A stretch of DNA of 64,000 bases from Octopus vulgaris (taxonomy: Eukaryota), in assembly GCA_951406725.2 (NCBI GenBank), contig OX597815.1:16306001-16370000 (forward strand), written 5' to 3'. Position 1 is the first letter of the stretch; each line of letters starts with the position of its first letter. Below are positions 12,068 through 25,063 of the stretch, piece after piece. The translations under genes were made by a program, and so were the position numbers. The notes beneath the pieces are model-generated. The model had not been told where the DNA came from. It made no database searches and saw nothing but the letters and a program-made list of their open reading frames with translations.

Positions 12068-14180
12068 AGTGTTTCCCAAACTTTTTGCACCAAATTGCAA
12101 TATCACCCACCTATCAACCAAAAAATGCTCCATCACCCACCTGTGTAAAAAAAAAAAACCCTGACACAACCCTCACCAACACTAAGTCCTCTAGAAGAAT
12201 CCCCCTCCTATCATTTGACACACACACTATATCGTAGACTCGTTGCCCGGTTAGAGCCGTTTGGACTAAATATGCATAGTTTACAAATCCCTTATTGTGG
12301 GTTTAGTTTTGCCATTAATGTGAATAAAATTCTAATGTTGGTTCTATATTATGCAGCCAGATTAACTTCGGTAAGCTTGCATTTTCCTTTACACTGAGTT
12401 TTATTTTCCCCAAATGAACCATTGATCAGAACTACTGACGCAGAAATAATTAATGATTGTATTATAAAGGAAAAGAAAACAACTTTTTAATGAGTACCAT
12501 GCATCTGGTGCAATGCATCTGGTGCACAGACATTCGGTTTCAAACTTCACTTTTTTACTTGTTTCAGTCATTTGACTGTGGCCATGCAGGAGCACCACCT
12601 TTAGTCCAGCAAATCGACCCCAGGACTTATTCTTTGTAAGCCTAGTACTCATTCTATCGGTCTCTTTTACCGAACTTGTCAACTTTAGCTGAAAGTCTCC
12701 TCATTCTGTCACATCCAGTCCAATTCTTTTCTGGGAAAGTAAAGTTCCAATATGTCTAGAACCAGATTCAACCAGATACAATGTAGGGAAGGTAAGTAAG
12801 ATGTTTCCGCTGATTGAGGTAGGAATTCAATATGCTTTGAAGCTACTACAAACCTTCTTTGCCATTATGGCGATATCGCATTGTGGCCGTCATTGTCATC
12901 TTGTAATTCTGTCAATTCCTCCTGAATGTCATCTTCACAATTGACTGCATCAACCTCAAACAGATTGCTATACCAATTTGGAATATTCAGCACAATAACA
13001 TTTTGAAATTGCTCCACCATCTCATCGTACAATGATTGTAAATAATTGCGATATGCAGTTAAATCCTCGTCAGTTAATTCATCTTTCAAAGAATGAAGTT
13101 GTGGAAGTTGATGGAAGGGACATTTTGAAACATTAGTCTTGTGTAGCACCAATTTCAAAATGAAGGTAGTGAGCCAGTACCGCATCGACTGGCCTCCGTG
13201 CTGTGGGCACGTAACAAACAACATCCGAGCGTGGCCGTTCGCCAGCCTCGTCTGGCACCTGTGTCGGTGGCACATAAGAAAACACCATCTGAGCGTGGCC
13301 GTCTGCCAGCCTCGTCTGGCACCTGTGTCGGGGGCACATAAAATCACCCACTACACTCTCGGAGTGGTTGGCGTTAGGAAGGGCATCCAGCTGTAGAAAC
13401 ACTGCCAGATCTGACTGGCCTGGTGCAGCCTTCAAGCTTGCCAGACCCCAGTTGAACCATCCAACCCATGCTAGCATGGAAAGCGGACGTTAAACGATGA
13501 TGATGATGATGATGATGATGAATCAACAAGAGTTTTTCTGTTTCCTTGCAATAACTTATTCAAATCATTTAATTTTGCGAATATATTTGTTTGTTTTTGT
13601 TTTGTTTTTCCAGTTTCAGCTCTTGAGCTGTGGCCATGCTGGGGCACCGCCATTGTGGTGAAAGAGTACAGCAGGGATCACCACCCCCTGCCGGAGCCTC
13701 GTAGAGCTTTTAGGTGTTTTCGCTCAATAAACACACACAACGCCCGGTCTGAGAATCGAAACCGCGATCCTGCGACCGCGAGTCCGCTGCCCTAACCACT
13801 AGGCCATTGCGCCTCTACATCACAAAGAAAAAAGATATCACACCTTCGATAACCAGGCGAAGTAAGTTTCTCCAGTTGTGTGAGACTTCCCAGACTTAGC
13901 AACGAGCAATGCAATGCCATACAATGCAATCAACCCATCATCCTCCTGTTTACTAGTTTCCTGGAGGAGAGTGTTGAATGTTTGTGTTTGCTTTTTGAAA
14001 GAGGCTCTCAGTTGCAAAAAGTATGATAACGGCTTGTCCTTCTTGTCAGAATACTTTGCATCAAAGTGATATTTCAAGCATGAAGGTTTCATTGGTCAAT
14101 GTTTGATGGCAAAGAAGGCACATTAGTAACTGACAGTTCTGAGGAGAGGGAATAAATGCAAACGATAAATAATCACAGGG
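12068..14180 (-). mobile_element. Decayed hAT (Charlie/Buster-type) transposon with nested SINE/LINE insertions
   Basis: TIR CAGTGTTTCCCAAAC at 12068. Frameshifted transposase fragments CLLCHQTLTNE/MKPSCLKYHF, IALLVAKSGKSHTTGE and IQEELTELQDD. Confidence 0.75.
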
Positions 14181-14207
14181 GAAGTGGACGTTAAACGATG
14201 ATGAGGA

Positions 14208-14723
14208 TATGTATTCTTCTACATCTATAAAACTGAGATAAAAATTCCAAATATATAAATATAAAAATACATATAAATAGATAAATATCGACATGATACA
14301 TAAAGCACAGTGAATTTTAGATTTAAAAGTTACAATACATTGGTGTAATAAAAATTTGAGATGATAAAACATTAAAAGGACATACTAAAATACCACAAAA
14401 ATATTACAAAAATTTTTTTAAATTTAAAAATTCTATCTACAGGCCATTTCAGAGATGTGCCAAGTAATATGAGATGCTTGGCACGTCTCTGAAACGGCCC
14501 ATAGATAGAATTTTTAAATTTAAAAAAATTTTTGTAATATTTTTGTGGTATTTTAGTATGTCCTTTTAATGTTTTATCATCTCAAATTTTTATTACACCA
14601 ATGTATGTAACTTTTAAATCTAAAATTCACTGTGCTTTATGTATCACATTGATATTTATCTATTTATATGTATTTTTATATTTATATATTTGGAATATTT
14701 ATATCAGTTTTATAAATGTAGAA

Positions 14724-14733
<10 letters not shown>
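14208..14733. repeat. Long near-perfect AT-rich palindrome (arms of about 255 bp)
   Basis: Arms are reverse complements around about 14465-14476; the two ORF-track peptides 14061..14372 and 14601..14858 mirror each other. Confidence 0.92.
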
Positions 14734-14760
<27 letters not shown>

Positions 14761-15005
14761 ATTTTGAGTGTGGTTATCAACTATGTTCCTCTAGTTTCCT
14801 CTTGCATTGCTTCGTCCAACCCATGCTAGCATGGAAAGCGGACGCTAAACGACGATGATGATGATGATTGCTTCCATTCAGATTATTAAACGGAATATAG
14901 CTCACTTGGAGCACTACAACTCCAGTCTGTATTTTATTTGTGAGTATTATTAATATTAGCAATCTCAAAATAAAGCAGTGTACTTTATATATATATATAT
15001 ATATA

Positions 15006-16058
15006 TCATCATCATCATCGTTTAACGTCCGCTTTCCATGCTGGCATGGGTTGGACGATTTGACTGAGGACTAGTGAACCAGATGGATGCACCAGGCTCC
15101 AATCTGATCTGGCAGAGTTTCTACAGCTGGATGCCCTTCCTAATGCCAACCACTCCAAGAGTGGTGGGTGCTTTTACGTGCCACTGACACGAGGGCCAGT
15201 CTGGCAGTACTGGCAATGGCCATACACAAATGGTATTTTTTACATGCCACCTGTACAGGAACCAGTCCAGTGTCACTGGCAACGACCTCGCTCGAATGTG
15301 TTTTCACGTGCCAATAAGGCGATGCTAGTAAAAATCATGCTTGAATGGTGCTTTTTACGTACCACTGGCATGAGCACCAGTTAGCTGCTCTGATGGTGCT
15401 CTTAGCGCTCCACTAACATGGATGCCAGTCATCAAATTTGATTTCAATTTCGATTTCACTTGCCTCAACAGGTCTTCGCAAGCAGAGTTTAGTATCCAAT
15501 GAAGGAAAGGTACTCATAAGTGGGCTGGCTACACCCCTGGCATAGGCCACAAGGTTATGGTCTTACTTGGCTTGCTGGGTCTTCTCAAGCACAACATATT
15601 TTCAAAGGTCCCGGTCACTAGTCATTGCCTTGGTGAGGCCTTATGTTCGAAGGTCATGCTTCACCACCTCATCCCAGGTCTACCTCTTGCACAGGTTCCC
15701 TCAACCACTAGGGTGTGGCACTTTTTCACACAGCTATCCTCATCCATTCTCTCCACATGACCATACCAGCGAAGTCGTCCGTCTTGCACACTACATCTGA
15801 TGCTTCTTAGGTCCAACTTTTCTCTCAAGGTACTTACACTCTGTTGAGTATGAACACTGACATTACACATCTATCGGAGCATACTGGTTTCATTCCTTGT
15901 GAGCTTATGCATGTCCTCAGCAGTCACAGCCCATGTTTCACTGCCATGTAGCATGGCTGTTTGTACACATGCGTCATACAGTCTACCTTTTACTCTGAGC
16001 GAGAGGCTCTTTGTCACCAGCAGAGGTAAGCGCTCTCTGAACTTTGCCCAAGCTGTTC
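15006..16058 (-). mobile_element. RTE-clade LINE 3' fragment (ORF2 C-terminus, 3' UTR and (GAT)n tail)
   Basis: AWAKFRERLPLL...LYDACVQTAMLHGSETW and RLRWYGHVERM motifs, contiguous with the abundant 3' repeat. Confidence 0.88.
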
Positions 16059-16382
16059 TTATATATGTATGCATGTAGGTGGGTGGGTAGGTAGATAGAT
16101 AGATAGACAGATAGAGAGAGACAGACAGACAGACAGACATACATAATGGGTGTACGTGTGTATTTGTGTGACTGACCACAGATACATAGAGCTGGACACG
16201 ACGCGGGAAAAGTAAATAAAAAAATTACGGCAATTAACTAATATTCATGATCCCATATGATCGGGTTTGACGTTTATCCGGGTTAAAACGAAAGAAATTT
16301 TGAAAATATAAAAAATATATATTAACAAAGTAGATGACAACCACCTGATACCGATGCTGAACAGACTTGGGTACTACTTAAG

Positions 16383-16753
16383 AAGAGTGGTCCCGGTGCG
16401 CGCATCCGAGCAAGCTAGCAAAGTAAATGAAACACAAAATAAATAATTTTTTACACAAAGTAAATAACTTTTTTAAAACAAAGTAGGCGTAACTTCGGTA
16501 TAAGTACCGGTTCCATTTCAAGAAAGTTTTTTTTTATATATATGGGGGGGGTTAGGGTTGGGGGGGAGAAAAGGGTTTCTGTTATCTTCCGAAATGTAAA
16601 CAAAGTCACGTGTGTACTTATACCGAAGGATCGCCACAAAGTAAATAATTTTTTTTTAAACAGAGTAAATAAAACACAAAAACACAAAGTAAGGATCGAC
16701 TAGTCACGACTAGCTAGCGCGGATGCGAGAGTACGCGCACCGGGACCACTCTT
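16383..16753. mobile_element. MITE with 20-bp TIRs
   Basis: AAGAGTGGTCCCGGTGCGCG and its reverse complement at the ends; a lone TIR remnant at about 18912-18927. Confidence 0.7.
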
Positions 16754-17119
16754 ATTGAATGAAGTTAACTGATATATAAATATGTTATAAAGACAGAAAA
16801 TAGAAATAAACAAAAACTGTATATTACTCCAATCGTTTTAGCTTATGAGTAGTTACATGTAGAGAAAACCACGAGAATAAGAGGAAATTATTGTCGATGT
16901 ACAAAGGCAAAACGTGTTTCTTACCAAAAACACATTTCTTCGTAGAAAGATGCTGTTTGAGTCATGAGAACCAACAAAGTTTCACTTTTGATTGCCAACG
17001 AAATTGTTAATGACATCAATTAAAGTAAATATGACAACAGCTAAGTTGGCGAAATATTTTACCGTTCTTCATCAACAAGTCGACCAAAGCTCGTAGCATA
17101 GTTAACCGAATTTACTTAC

Positions 17120-17450
17120 CTATATATTTTTCTTCTATTATTAAATTTTGTTTGCCAATAAGTTTGACAAGGTGGTCGATGGTGAAAGGAGTGTGTTTAA
17201 TTGGAAGTAACAATATAAGAAATATGTACAATTGTTACGTATACATGATTATTAAAAAGATTAACTGAATTCAACGGGGGAAGGGGAAACTAAAGACACG
17301 TGTTGTTATGTGTGTATCTAAAGGCAGTTCCTGTATTTCGTGGAATTGTTGACCGCTTTGAATAAACCGGGTGAAAATGGCAGCCAAGCCAAATAGGGGA
17401 GATAACTCTATAGAATTCATTTGAAAATTTCGTAGACGAACCATTCCATC
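17120..17450 (-). promoter_or_regulatory. Candidate ATM non-coding first exon and promoter
   Basis: Consensus donor AG|GTAAGT on the minus strand (intron starts 17119) in a repeat-free stretch. The start-codon exon has a splice acceptor, which implies an upstream UTR exon. TSS not determinable. Confidence 0.4.
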
Positions 17451-17461
17451 CTAAGCCTATT

Positions 17462-18712
17462 TATTTCTTTACTACCCACAAGGGGCTAAATACAGAGAGG
17501 GGACAAACGAGGACAGACATAGGTATTAGGTCGATTACATCGACCTCAGTGCGTAACTGGTACTTAATTTATCGACCCCGAAAGGATGAAAGGCAAAGTC
17601 GACCTCGGCGGAATTTGAACTCACAACGTAACGGCAGACGAAATACCTATTTCTTTATTACCCACAAGGGGCTAAACATAGAGGGGACAAACAAGGACAG
17701 ACATAGGTATTATGTCGATTACATCGACCCCAGTGCGTAACTGGTACTTAATTTATCGACCCCGAAAGGATGAAAGGCAAAGTCGACCTCGGCGGAATTT
17801 GAACTCAGAACGTAGCACTAGACGAAATACCTATTTCTATTTCTTTACTACCCACAAGGGGCTAAACACAGAGAGGGGACAAACAAGGACAGACAAACGA
17901 TTAAGTCGATTATATCGACCCCAGTGCGTAACTGGTACTTAGTTTATCGACCCTGAAAGTATGAAAAAGCAAAGTCGACCTCGGCGGAATTTGAACTCAG
18001 AACGCAGCGGCAGACGAAATACCTATTTCTTTATTACCCACAAGGGGCTAAACACAGAGGGGACAAACAAGGACAGACATAGGTATTAAGTCGATTACAT
18101 CGACCCCAGTGCGTAACTGGTACTTAGTTTATCGACCCTGAAAATATGAAAAAGTAAAGTCGACCTCGGCGGAATTTGAACTCAGAACGCAGCGGCAGAT
18201 GAAATACCTATTTCTTTATTATCCACAAGGGGCTAAACATAGAGGGGACAAACAAGGACAGACATAGGTATTAAGTCGATTACATCGACCCCAGTGCGTA
18301 ACTGGTACTTAATTTATCGACCCTGAAAGTATGAAAGGCAAAGTCGACCTCGGCGGGATTTGAACTCACAATGTAACGCAGACGAAATACCGCTAAGCAT
18401 TTCGCCCGGCGTGCTAACGTTTCCGCCAGCAATACCTATTTCTTTATTACCCACAAGGGGCTAAACACAGAGAGGACAAACAAGGACAGACATAGGTATT
18501 AAGTCGATTACATCGACCCCAGTGCGTAACTGGTACTTAATTTATCGACCCCGAAAGGATGAAAGGCAAAGTCGACCTCGGCGGAATTTGAACTCACAAC
18601 GTAACGACAGACGAAATACCGCGAAGCATTTCGCCCAGCGTGCTAACGTTTCCGCCAGCAATACCGCTAAGCATTTCGTCCGGCATCCTAATGTTTCTGC
18701 CAGCTCGCCGCC
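17462..18712 (-). repeat. Head-to-tail array of six ~185-bp SINE units (Deu/Nin-like core)
   Basis: Units start near 17462, 17648, 17838, 18024, 18209 and 18437; a complete tRNA-like head occurs only at the right end. Confidence 0.9.
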
Positions 18713-19769
18713 CTATTCCATTTCCTATCACGCGTGGCTCTCATCCCGAACTACCCAGTTTTTATCTAACCTTTACCATATACTTGTACGCTGCTGTCAC
18801 GCTTGATTTTAGATTGTCTTTATTAATTTTTTTGTAGCGGATCCCAAGTATTAATTATTTTATTTTACTTGATTCATTCATTAGTCTGCGGCCATGCTGG
18901 GACACGCGACTGCGCGCACCGGGACCAGTATTCGCTAGTAGTACCCTGTGTTGCAGTCCACTGAAAGAAAAAAATTGTTTTTTGTTTTGTTTAAGGCATC
19001 TGAAAATGGCGGGTGAACTGATAATTTTCTGTCTCAACACGTGAGGCAATCCGAACATGGCGGTAGACGGGAATGATGGTTGCGAAGTTGATGGCTGGCT
19101 TGCTTGAAGTGTCCTCCCATTGCTGCATTTGGTGTATTTACTGGTATCAAATGTTGACAGTCGACATTGTGGGAGAAAATTACTTCAAAAGGAGATTATT
19201 TGAAAGAATACCGTGTATTTCTTTTTAAGAAGAATGCATACTCTGCGAGGTACAAGTTCGAGGCGAAGAACATGAATTCTAAAGGTTCACTTGAACGAGA
19301 GAAGATATTTTGACGTTGAGTCATTGATTCTTAATTGAGAATGTGAGCGAAGACTGCTGTTCTGTAGTTCAGGTGAAGGCATCTACAACGATAAAGCTTT
19401 CGGCTGCCGAAAATCCATTTTTTTTATCGGGGTCACCATTTTATAATAGTATGGAAGGTTTATGATACCTGTGGAGTATCTCCTTCATCATCATCATCGT
19501 TTAACGTCCGTTTTCCGTGCTAGCACAGGTTGGACGGTTTGACCGGGGTCTGGAAAGCAAGGAGGCTGCACTAGGCTCCAGTCTGATCTGGCAGTGTTTC
19601 TACAGCTGGATGCCCTTCCTAACGCCAACCACTCCGTGAGTGTAGTGGATGCATTTTATGTGCCGGGGAGGCTGGCAGTGGCCATGATCGATTGGTGCTT
19701 TTTACGTGCCACCGGCACAGAAGCCATCAAGGCGGCGCTGGCATCGGCCACTCCCATTATAATTATTTT

Positions 19770-20600
19770 TGTAGTTTCAAGGATCTTGAACATGAAGAAG
19801 AAGTACACAAGCAGAGTACAATTCAATAGGTGATTATTTTATAGAGTTCTCATTCATGTGGTTCGCTCTCTGTGACCATCTTTATAGCAGCACATGGTTT
19901 GTCTTAACTCCATACACGTGAGGTTCATTACCTCTTGAGATAAGCATGTGGAGTCAGAGCGGGACAAGAGTCTGCTGTGAGCTGCTGGCTTTGCAGTGTT
20001 TCTCAGTGTTGTGCGTAAGAAAAGTGAGAGGAAGAATGTTGTTGTTCTCTTGCTTAAATACTTGTAACAGGATTAGAGGTCTCTGCACTGGATGGGTGCA
20101 GCTCACATCCTTTACTTTAAATATTATTCGAAGATAAGAGTCAAGACTTCCGATTAACTTCAATAGTATAAATATTTATTTATTGATTCGCAATATATAT
20201 ACATTTCTTCTTTCTGGGCGAATCGGCAGCCTAGGAGCTTATCGCAGTAGTCAAGTGGAGTGAGCCAAATCCTGTCCGTTCAAGCATAGTGGAGATATGC
20301 CACGAGATAGCAGCTTGAGAGAGCTGATAAAACATGACTGTCCTGTTCAGCTGCCAGCATTCAAGAGAACGATATGAAGGAATTTCACTGCTGCTAGTTT
20401 TCTGCACATGCGCATAAGGGAACTTCCAGCAGGCCTCCCTGAAGACTCCACTCTGCGCATGCATACTGGAGATTTCCAAGATGGCGTCACTACATACTGG
20501 TTGCTGGTGAGAGTCTCGTCATCTCTCACATGGCAAAGATCTCGTTCTTGTCTCGCAAGATCTCATTCAAAATGGTACTGGCTTCTTGTGTCTCACTACA
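19770..20600. mobile_element. Possible solo LTR
   Basis: TGTAGT...ACTACA inverted ends around non-coding sequence; no matching TSD seen. Confidence 0.35.
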
Positions 20601-21099
20601 GCATCATACAATTTGCTCTTCACACTCTGAGAAAGTGACCCTTTGTTGCCAGCAGAGACAATAGCTGTCTGAATTTTTTCCATCCCTTTTATTATTCTGG
20701 CTATTGTACTTCTAGAGTACCTATTCTACTGTTGATAAGGTCACCTAGGTAACAAAAACTATTGATTAATTCGAGGGAGTCTTCTGTGCAGTTGAGAGAA
20801 TCTATTTCTCAGATACATTCTGTACTTAATGCTTTTGTACACTTGGCACTTGTTATGATTGCCTTAGCTGCCACCAATGATCCCATCACACCTCTAGAGC
20901 ATCTATTCTTTACACTAAGTACACTTATGATCATCATCATCATCATCATCATCATTTAACGTCCGCTTTCCATGCTAGCATGGGTTGGACTATGATGTTT
21001 CTATTTAATCCTTTTCAAGATAATTAGTACAATTTCTCTGATGACGCCAGAGTCCTGTCTTCTTTTCTACTTACCAAAACTTTAGTCTTGGCTAAGTTT

Positions 21100-21680
21100 A
21101 CTCTAAGGCCTTTCAATTCCAGGTTTTACTTCTATTTCTGAAATTTCTTTTCTAAATCTTCCACAAGGTCTTTGCATACAGGAGTCCTCATGATCTATCT
21201 TAAATTCCTCTGTTATTGCTTGAATGATTACAATAAATAACATAGGGCTGAGGACGAAGCCCTGATGAACCTGCACACTAAATTCATCGATATATCCATT
21301 AACTCTCACTTCATTTGACAGCTCCTTGTTCATAGTTTGTATGGCCAAAAAAAAAAACCATTCATCTACGCTTAGCTTTCTTAGCATCAATCAGATGACA
21401 GAGGTCTATCCTTTCCAGGTCTATGAATGCTAAGTATAGAGGCTTACCTCTTGCTAAGTTTTCCTCTTGTGTTTGTCACATTTTCAAGATGCTATCTGTG
21501 GTACTTCTTCCAGATACGAAACCAAATAGTTGATCCTCCAAATCAGTTGTGTAATAGCTCTATAACTTACAAGATCTTGTCCAACCATTTGATGGCTTTG
21601 TAGTGTATCCCTTTGCCTTTAAAACAGTTTACAATAATACTTACACTAGTCAATGGGTATGACACCCTCATGTGGGCAAA
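21100..21680 (-). mobile_element. Decayed RTE reverse-transcriptase fragment
   Basis: VRVNG..DEFSVQVHQGFVLSPMLFIV motif with frameshifts. Confidence 0.75.
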
Positions 21681-22348
21681 CCAGTTGGGAAAAGTTTTTT
21701 CAAAACCAATTCACAGTAAACCAAGAAACCCTAAATTTTACTTCTAAGCTATTAGTGTGGTTCCGGGTGTATATACACACACACACACATACACCATCAT
21801 CATTGCTTCATATCTACTTTCCATGCAGGCAGGAATTGAGTGAGTCATCATAATCCGAGTCACTTATTTTAAGTTACAGCTTTCCAAGATGAGTTGGATG
21901 ATTACACCTCACTTATTTCATTTTAAACTTGGTTTCTATGCTTGGCTGTCCTTATTAACACCAGATACTTCAGTGTAGAGGGTACATTTTATTGAGACAT
22001 CAGTACAAGAGAGGTTGCCATGTCCTTTACAAACTAAAGTGTTCTCTTAACTCCACACTTTACTAACTGTATTGGTGCATTTTAAGGCATCATCACTAGA
22101 GAGGTTGCCATGTTCTTGACAAGACAAAAGAGCCCAGTTGACTCTATGCATTTGCTCACTTGCCAACCATTATATAGAGTGTCCTAGATCAATACGATCA
22201 CCATTGTCGAAAATTTTCCTGCTTGCATGAGTAGGATGGAATTTGCTGAGGCAGATTTTTCTTTTTATGGCTAGATACCCTTTCTGTTGTCAAACCCTCA
22301 CTTGTTTTCAAGTAAGGTAATATTTCCCTGAGGACAGACATGCTTTAA

Positions 22349-22569
22349 CCCTTTCGTTACTGTATTTATTTTGAGATGTTCTGAGTTTCTTTCAATTACT
22401 TTAAATATAACAAAGAATTTAGTAAAATAACTTAGTTATCATTCAGCTAGTGTTAGGAATATAAATTGTGACTAAGGTTTGGTGGAAGATTTTAATTCAA
22501 AACTTATGAAAGCAAAACATTTGTATTCAGAGATAGAGCAGGTTTCAGCCGGGGTTGGTAATGAAAGGG
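22349..22569. mobile_element. piggyBac-type MITE family B (221 bp)
   Basis: TTAA|CCCTTTC...GAAAGGG|TTAA; sister copies at 34891-35111 and 60630-60851. Confidence 0.8.
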
Positions 22570-23576
22570 TTAACGGAAGATTAGTAATGAGAGACACTGC
22601 TTATATGATAGTGATGCTCATTTACAAGTATCATGAAATCGAAGTCAAAATCAAATTCAGTGACTGGCACCTGTTGCTAGTGGAGTGCTAAGAGTACCAT
22701 ACGAGTGAGATGGTTGCCAGAGCAACAAGCTGGCCTTTGTGCCAATGGCACGTTAAGCACACCATTCAAGCGCGATCATTACCGCGTCGCCTTACTAGCA
22801 CTTGTGCTGGTGGCACATGAAACATTCGAGCGAGGTCGTCGCCAGTGTCACGTAAAAAGCACCATTTGGACGTGGCCGTTGCCAGTACCACCAAGCTGGC
22901 CCTCATACCGGTGACACGTAAAAGCACCCACTACACTCTCGGAGTGGTTAGCATTAGGAAGGGCATTCAGCTGTAGAAACTCTGCCAGATCAGATTGGAG
23001 TCTGGTTCGCCAGACCTCAGTCAAATCGTCCAACCCATGCCAGCATGGAAAGCGGACGTTAAATGACGATGATGATGCAATGTCAAGATAAGGAGACACT
23101 AATGCACTCACATGCATATACATATATGGTGGGCTTCTTTCAGTTTCCCCTCAACCAAATCTACTCACAAAGTTTTGCTTGACAAGACAATAGTAGAAGA
23201 CACTTGCCCAAGGTGCCATGCATTAGAACTGGACCCAGCAGTTGGGAAGCAAACTTGTGCATTTAGCATGGATACATTTCAGGTGAGAAACATAATCATT
23301 AATGAGAAAATCAATAAACAGGAACTTCCAAACAAAAATACCTTGTGGTATTTGCTCTGCATGAAGTGTACCCCATCCCCCATCATTTTCACTATTGAAA
23401 TTACAATAAATCGGTAATTGGCTTGTTAGGAAACTGTAGCCAATGACACTATTGTTTACAAAATATGTGTTGATGCTTTATATTCCACAATGAGCTGAGA
23501 GATAAAGAATATACTGTAGTTGTGTTATTCATCTATTCTGTTATCGTACAATAATAATTTCGTGTGTTGAAGCATA

Positions 23577-24247
23577 TTCTGTTGTGTCTGGGGAGAGTCA
23601 TTTTTTTTTGTGCCTTATAATTTAACACACTCACCGGTAACATTTCCACGTTTTTCTTACTTTTATTTTCCTAAATATGCAGGATACGTACATACAGATG
23701 CACACACATACATATATACATATGCATACACACACATATATACATACATACAAACACACATACATACATACATGCATGCATGTATAGGCACACACACTCA
23801 CACTGACCCACACACATGCACACAAACAAAAGGGAACGCAGTGTAAATAACGGATAGAGTCAAGACTATTGAAATGGTTGCAAGACACAACAAAAATTTT
23901 AGGAAAATAAAAATAAGAAAAAAGTGGAAATTTTACCGGTGAGTGTCATCATCATCATTTAGCGTCCGCTTTCCATGCTGGCATGGGTTGGACGGTGCAA
24001 CTGGGGTCTGGGAAGCCAGAAGGCTGCACCAGGCCCAGTCTGATCTGGCAGTGTTTCTACAGCTGGACGCCCTTCCTAACACCAACCACTCCATGAGTGT
24101 AGTGGGTGCTTTTTACGTGCCACTGGCACAGGTGCCAGACGAGGCTGGCAAACGGCCGTGATCAGATGGTGCTGTTTACGTGCCACCGGCACGGAAGCCA
24201 GTGCCGGGCACAAAAAGAAAATGACTCTCCCCGGACACAACAGAGTA
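23577..24247. repeat. Fold-back element with nested microsatellite and RTE 3'-end insertion
   Basis: 23577-23676 is reverse-complementary to 23897-23946 plus 24206-24247; a single-arm copy lies at about 53634-53730. Confidence 0.7.
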
Positions 24248-24428
24248 CAATAATAATGTTTTAAAAGAAAACAACTATATCAGCAAATGATAAAGAACAA
24301 GAAGACAATTAGAATATATCACAATTTAATAAATCAAAACAGTCTGTCTAGAAATGTCTTTCTTTGCTCTATGTTTGTTGTCAATTGGTTAATGCCAATC
24401 TTAAGAAAGTCCTGAGAGAAAAACTGGA

Positions 24429-24598
24429 TCAACGGAATAATGAAAATCTCTGTGTCATTCGTCCATTTTTAGTTAAAAGAGCTTCTTGGATGTCTTCATA
24501 ACTTGGCAGTTTATTCAGAGAGCCATAGGCTGCTATTGCTGGTCTGCTGGTGAGCATTCGGGAAGCTGCACGCTGGATATCTTGAGCAGTGATTTTGC
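24429..24598 (-). CDS. PMPCA: PMPCA exon 12, terminal (KITAQDIQRAASRML...GRMTQRFSLFR*)
   Basis: CAG acceptor, TGA stop at 24431-24429. Possible ATTAAA poly(A) signal at 24330-24325. Confidence 0.95.
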
Positions 24599-24679
24599 CT
24601 GGAAAACATTATGGGAAGTTGTTAAAGGATTATAACGTACACAAATTTTCTCATTATCATCATCAACAATTTTTTTTTT

Positions 24680-25063
24680 TTTTACTTGTTTCAGTCATTT
24701 GACTGCGGCCATGCTGGAGCACTGCCTTTAGTCGAGCAAATCGACCCCAGGACTTATTCTTTGTAAGCCCAGTACTTATTCTATCAATCTCTTTTGCCGA
24801 ACCGCTAAGTGACGGGGACATAAACACACCAGCATCGGTTGTCAAGCAATGCTAGAGGGACAAATACAGACGCACAAACACATACATATATATATATATA
24901 CGACAGGCTTCTTTCAGTTTCCGTCTACCAAATCCACTCACAAGGCATTGGTTGGCCCGGGGCTATAGCAGAAGACACTTGCCCAAGATGCCACGCAGTG
25001 GGACTGAACCCGGAACCATGTGGTTGGTTAGCAAGTTACTTATCACACAGCCACTCCTGCGCC
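24680..25063 (-). mobile_element. Full-length tRNA-derived SINE (~385 bp) with an internal TA/CA microsatellite
   Basis: A box TGGCTGTG, B box GGTTCAGTCC; near-identical copies at 43017-43402, 47263-47622 and 48435-48834. Confidence 0.85.

Noticed and set aside
12865-14180. Domesticated ZBED/SCAND3-like gene
   Set aside because: Frameshifts, a large internal deletion, nested insertions and a retained TIR indicate a dead hAT element.
17462-18712. CRISPR-like or satellite array
   Set aside because: No unique spacers; the units are SINE bodies that also occur as dispersed monomers, in a eukaryotic context.
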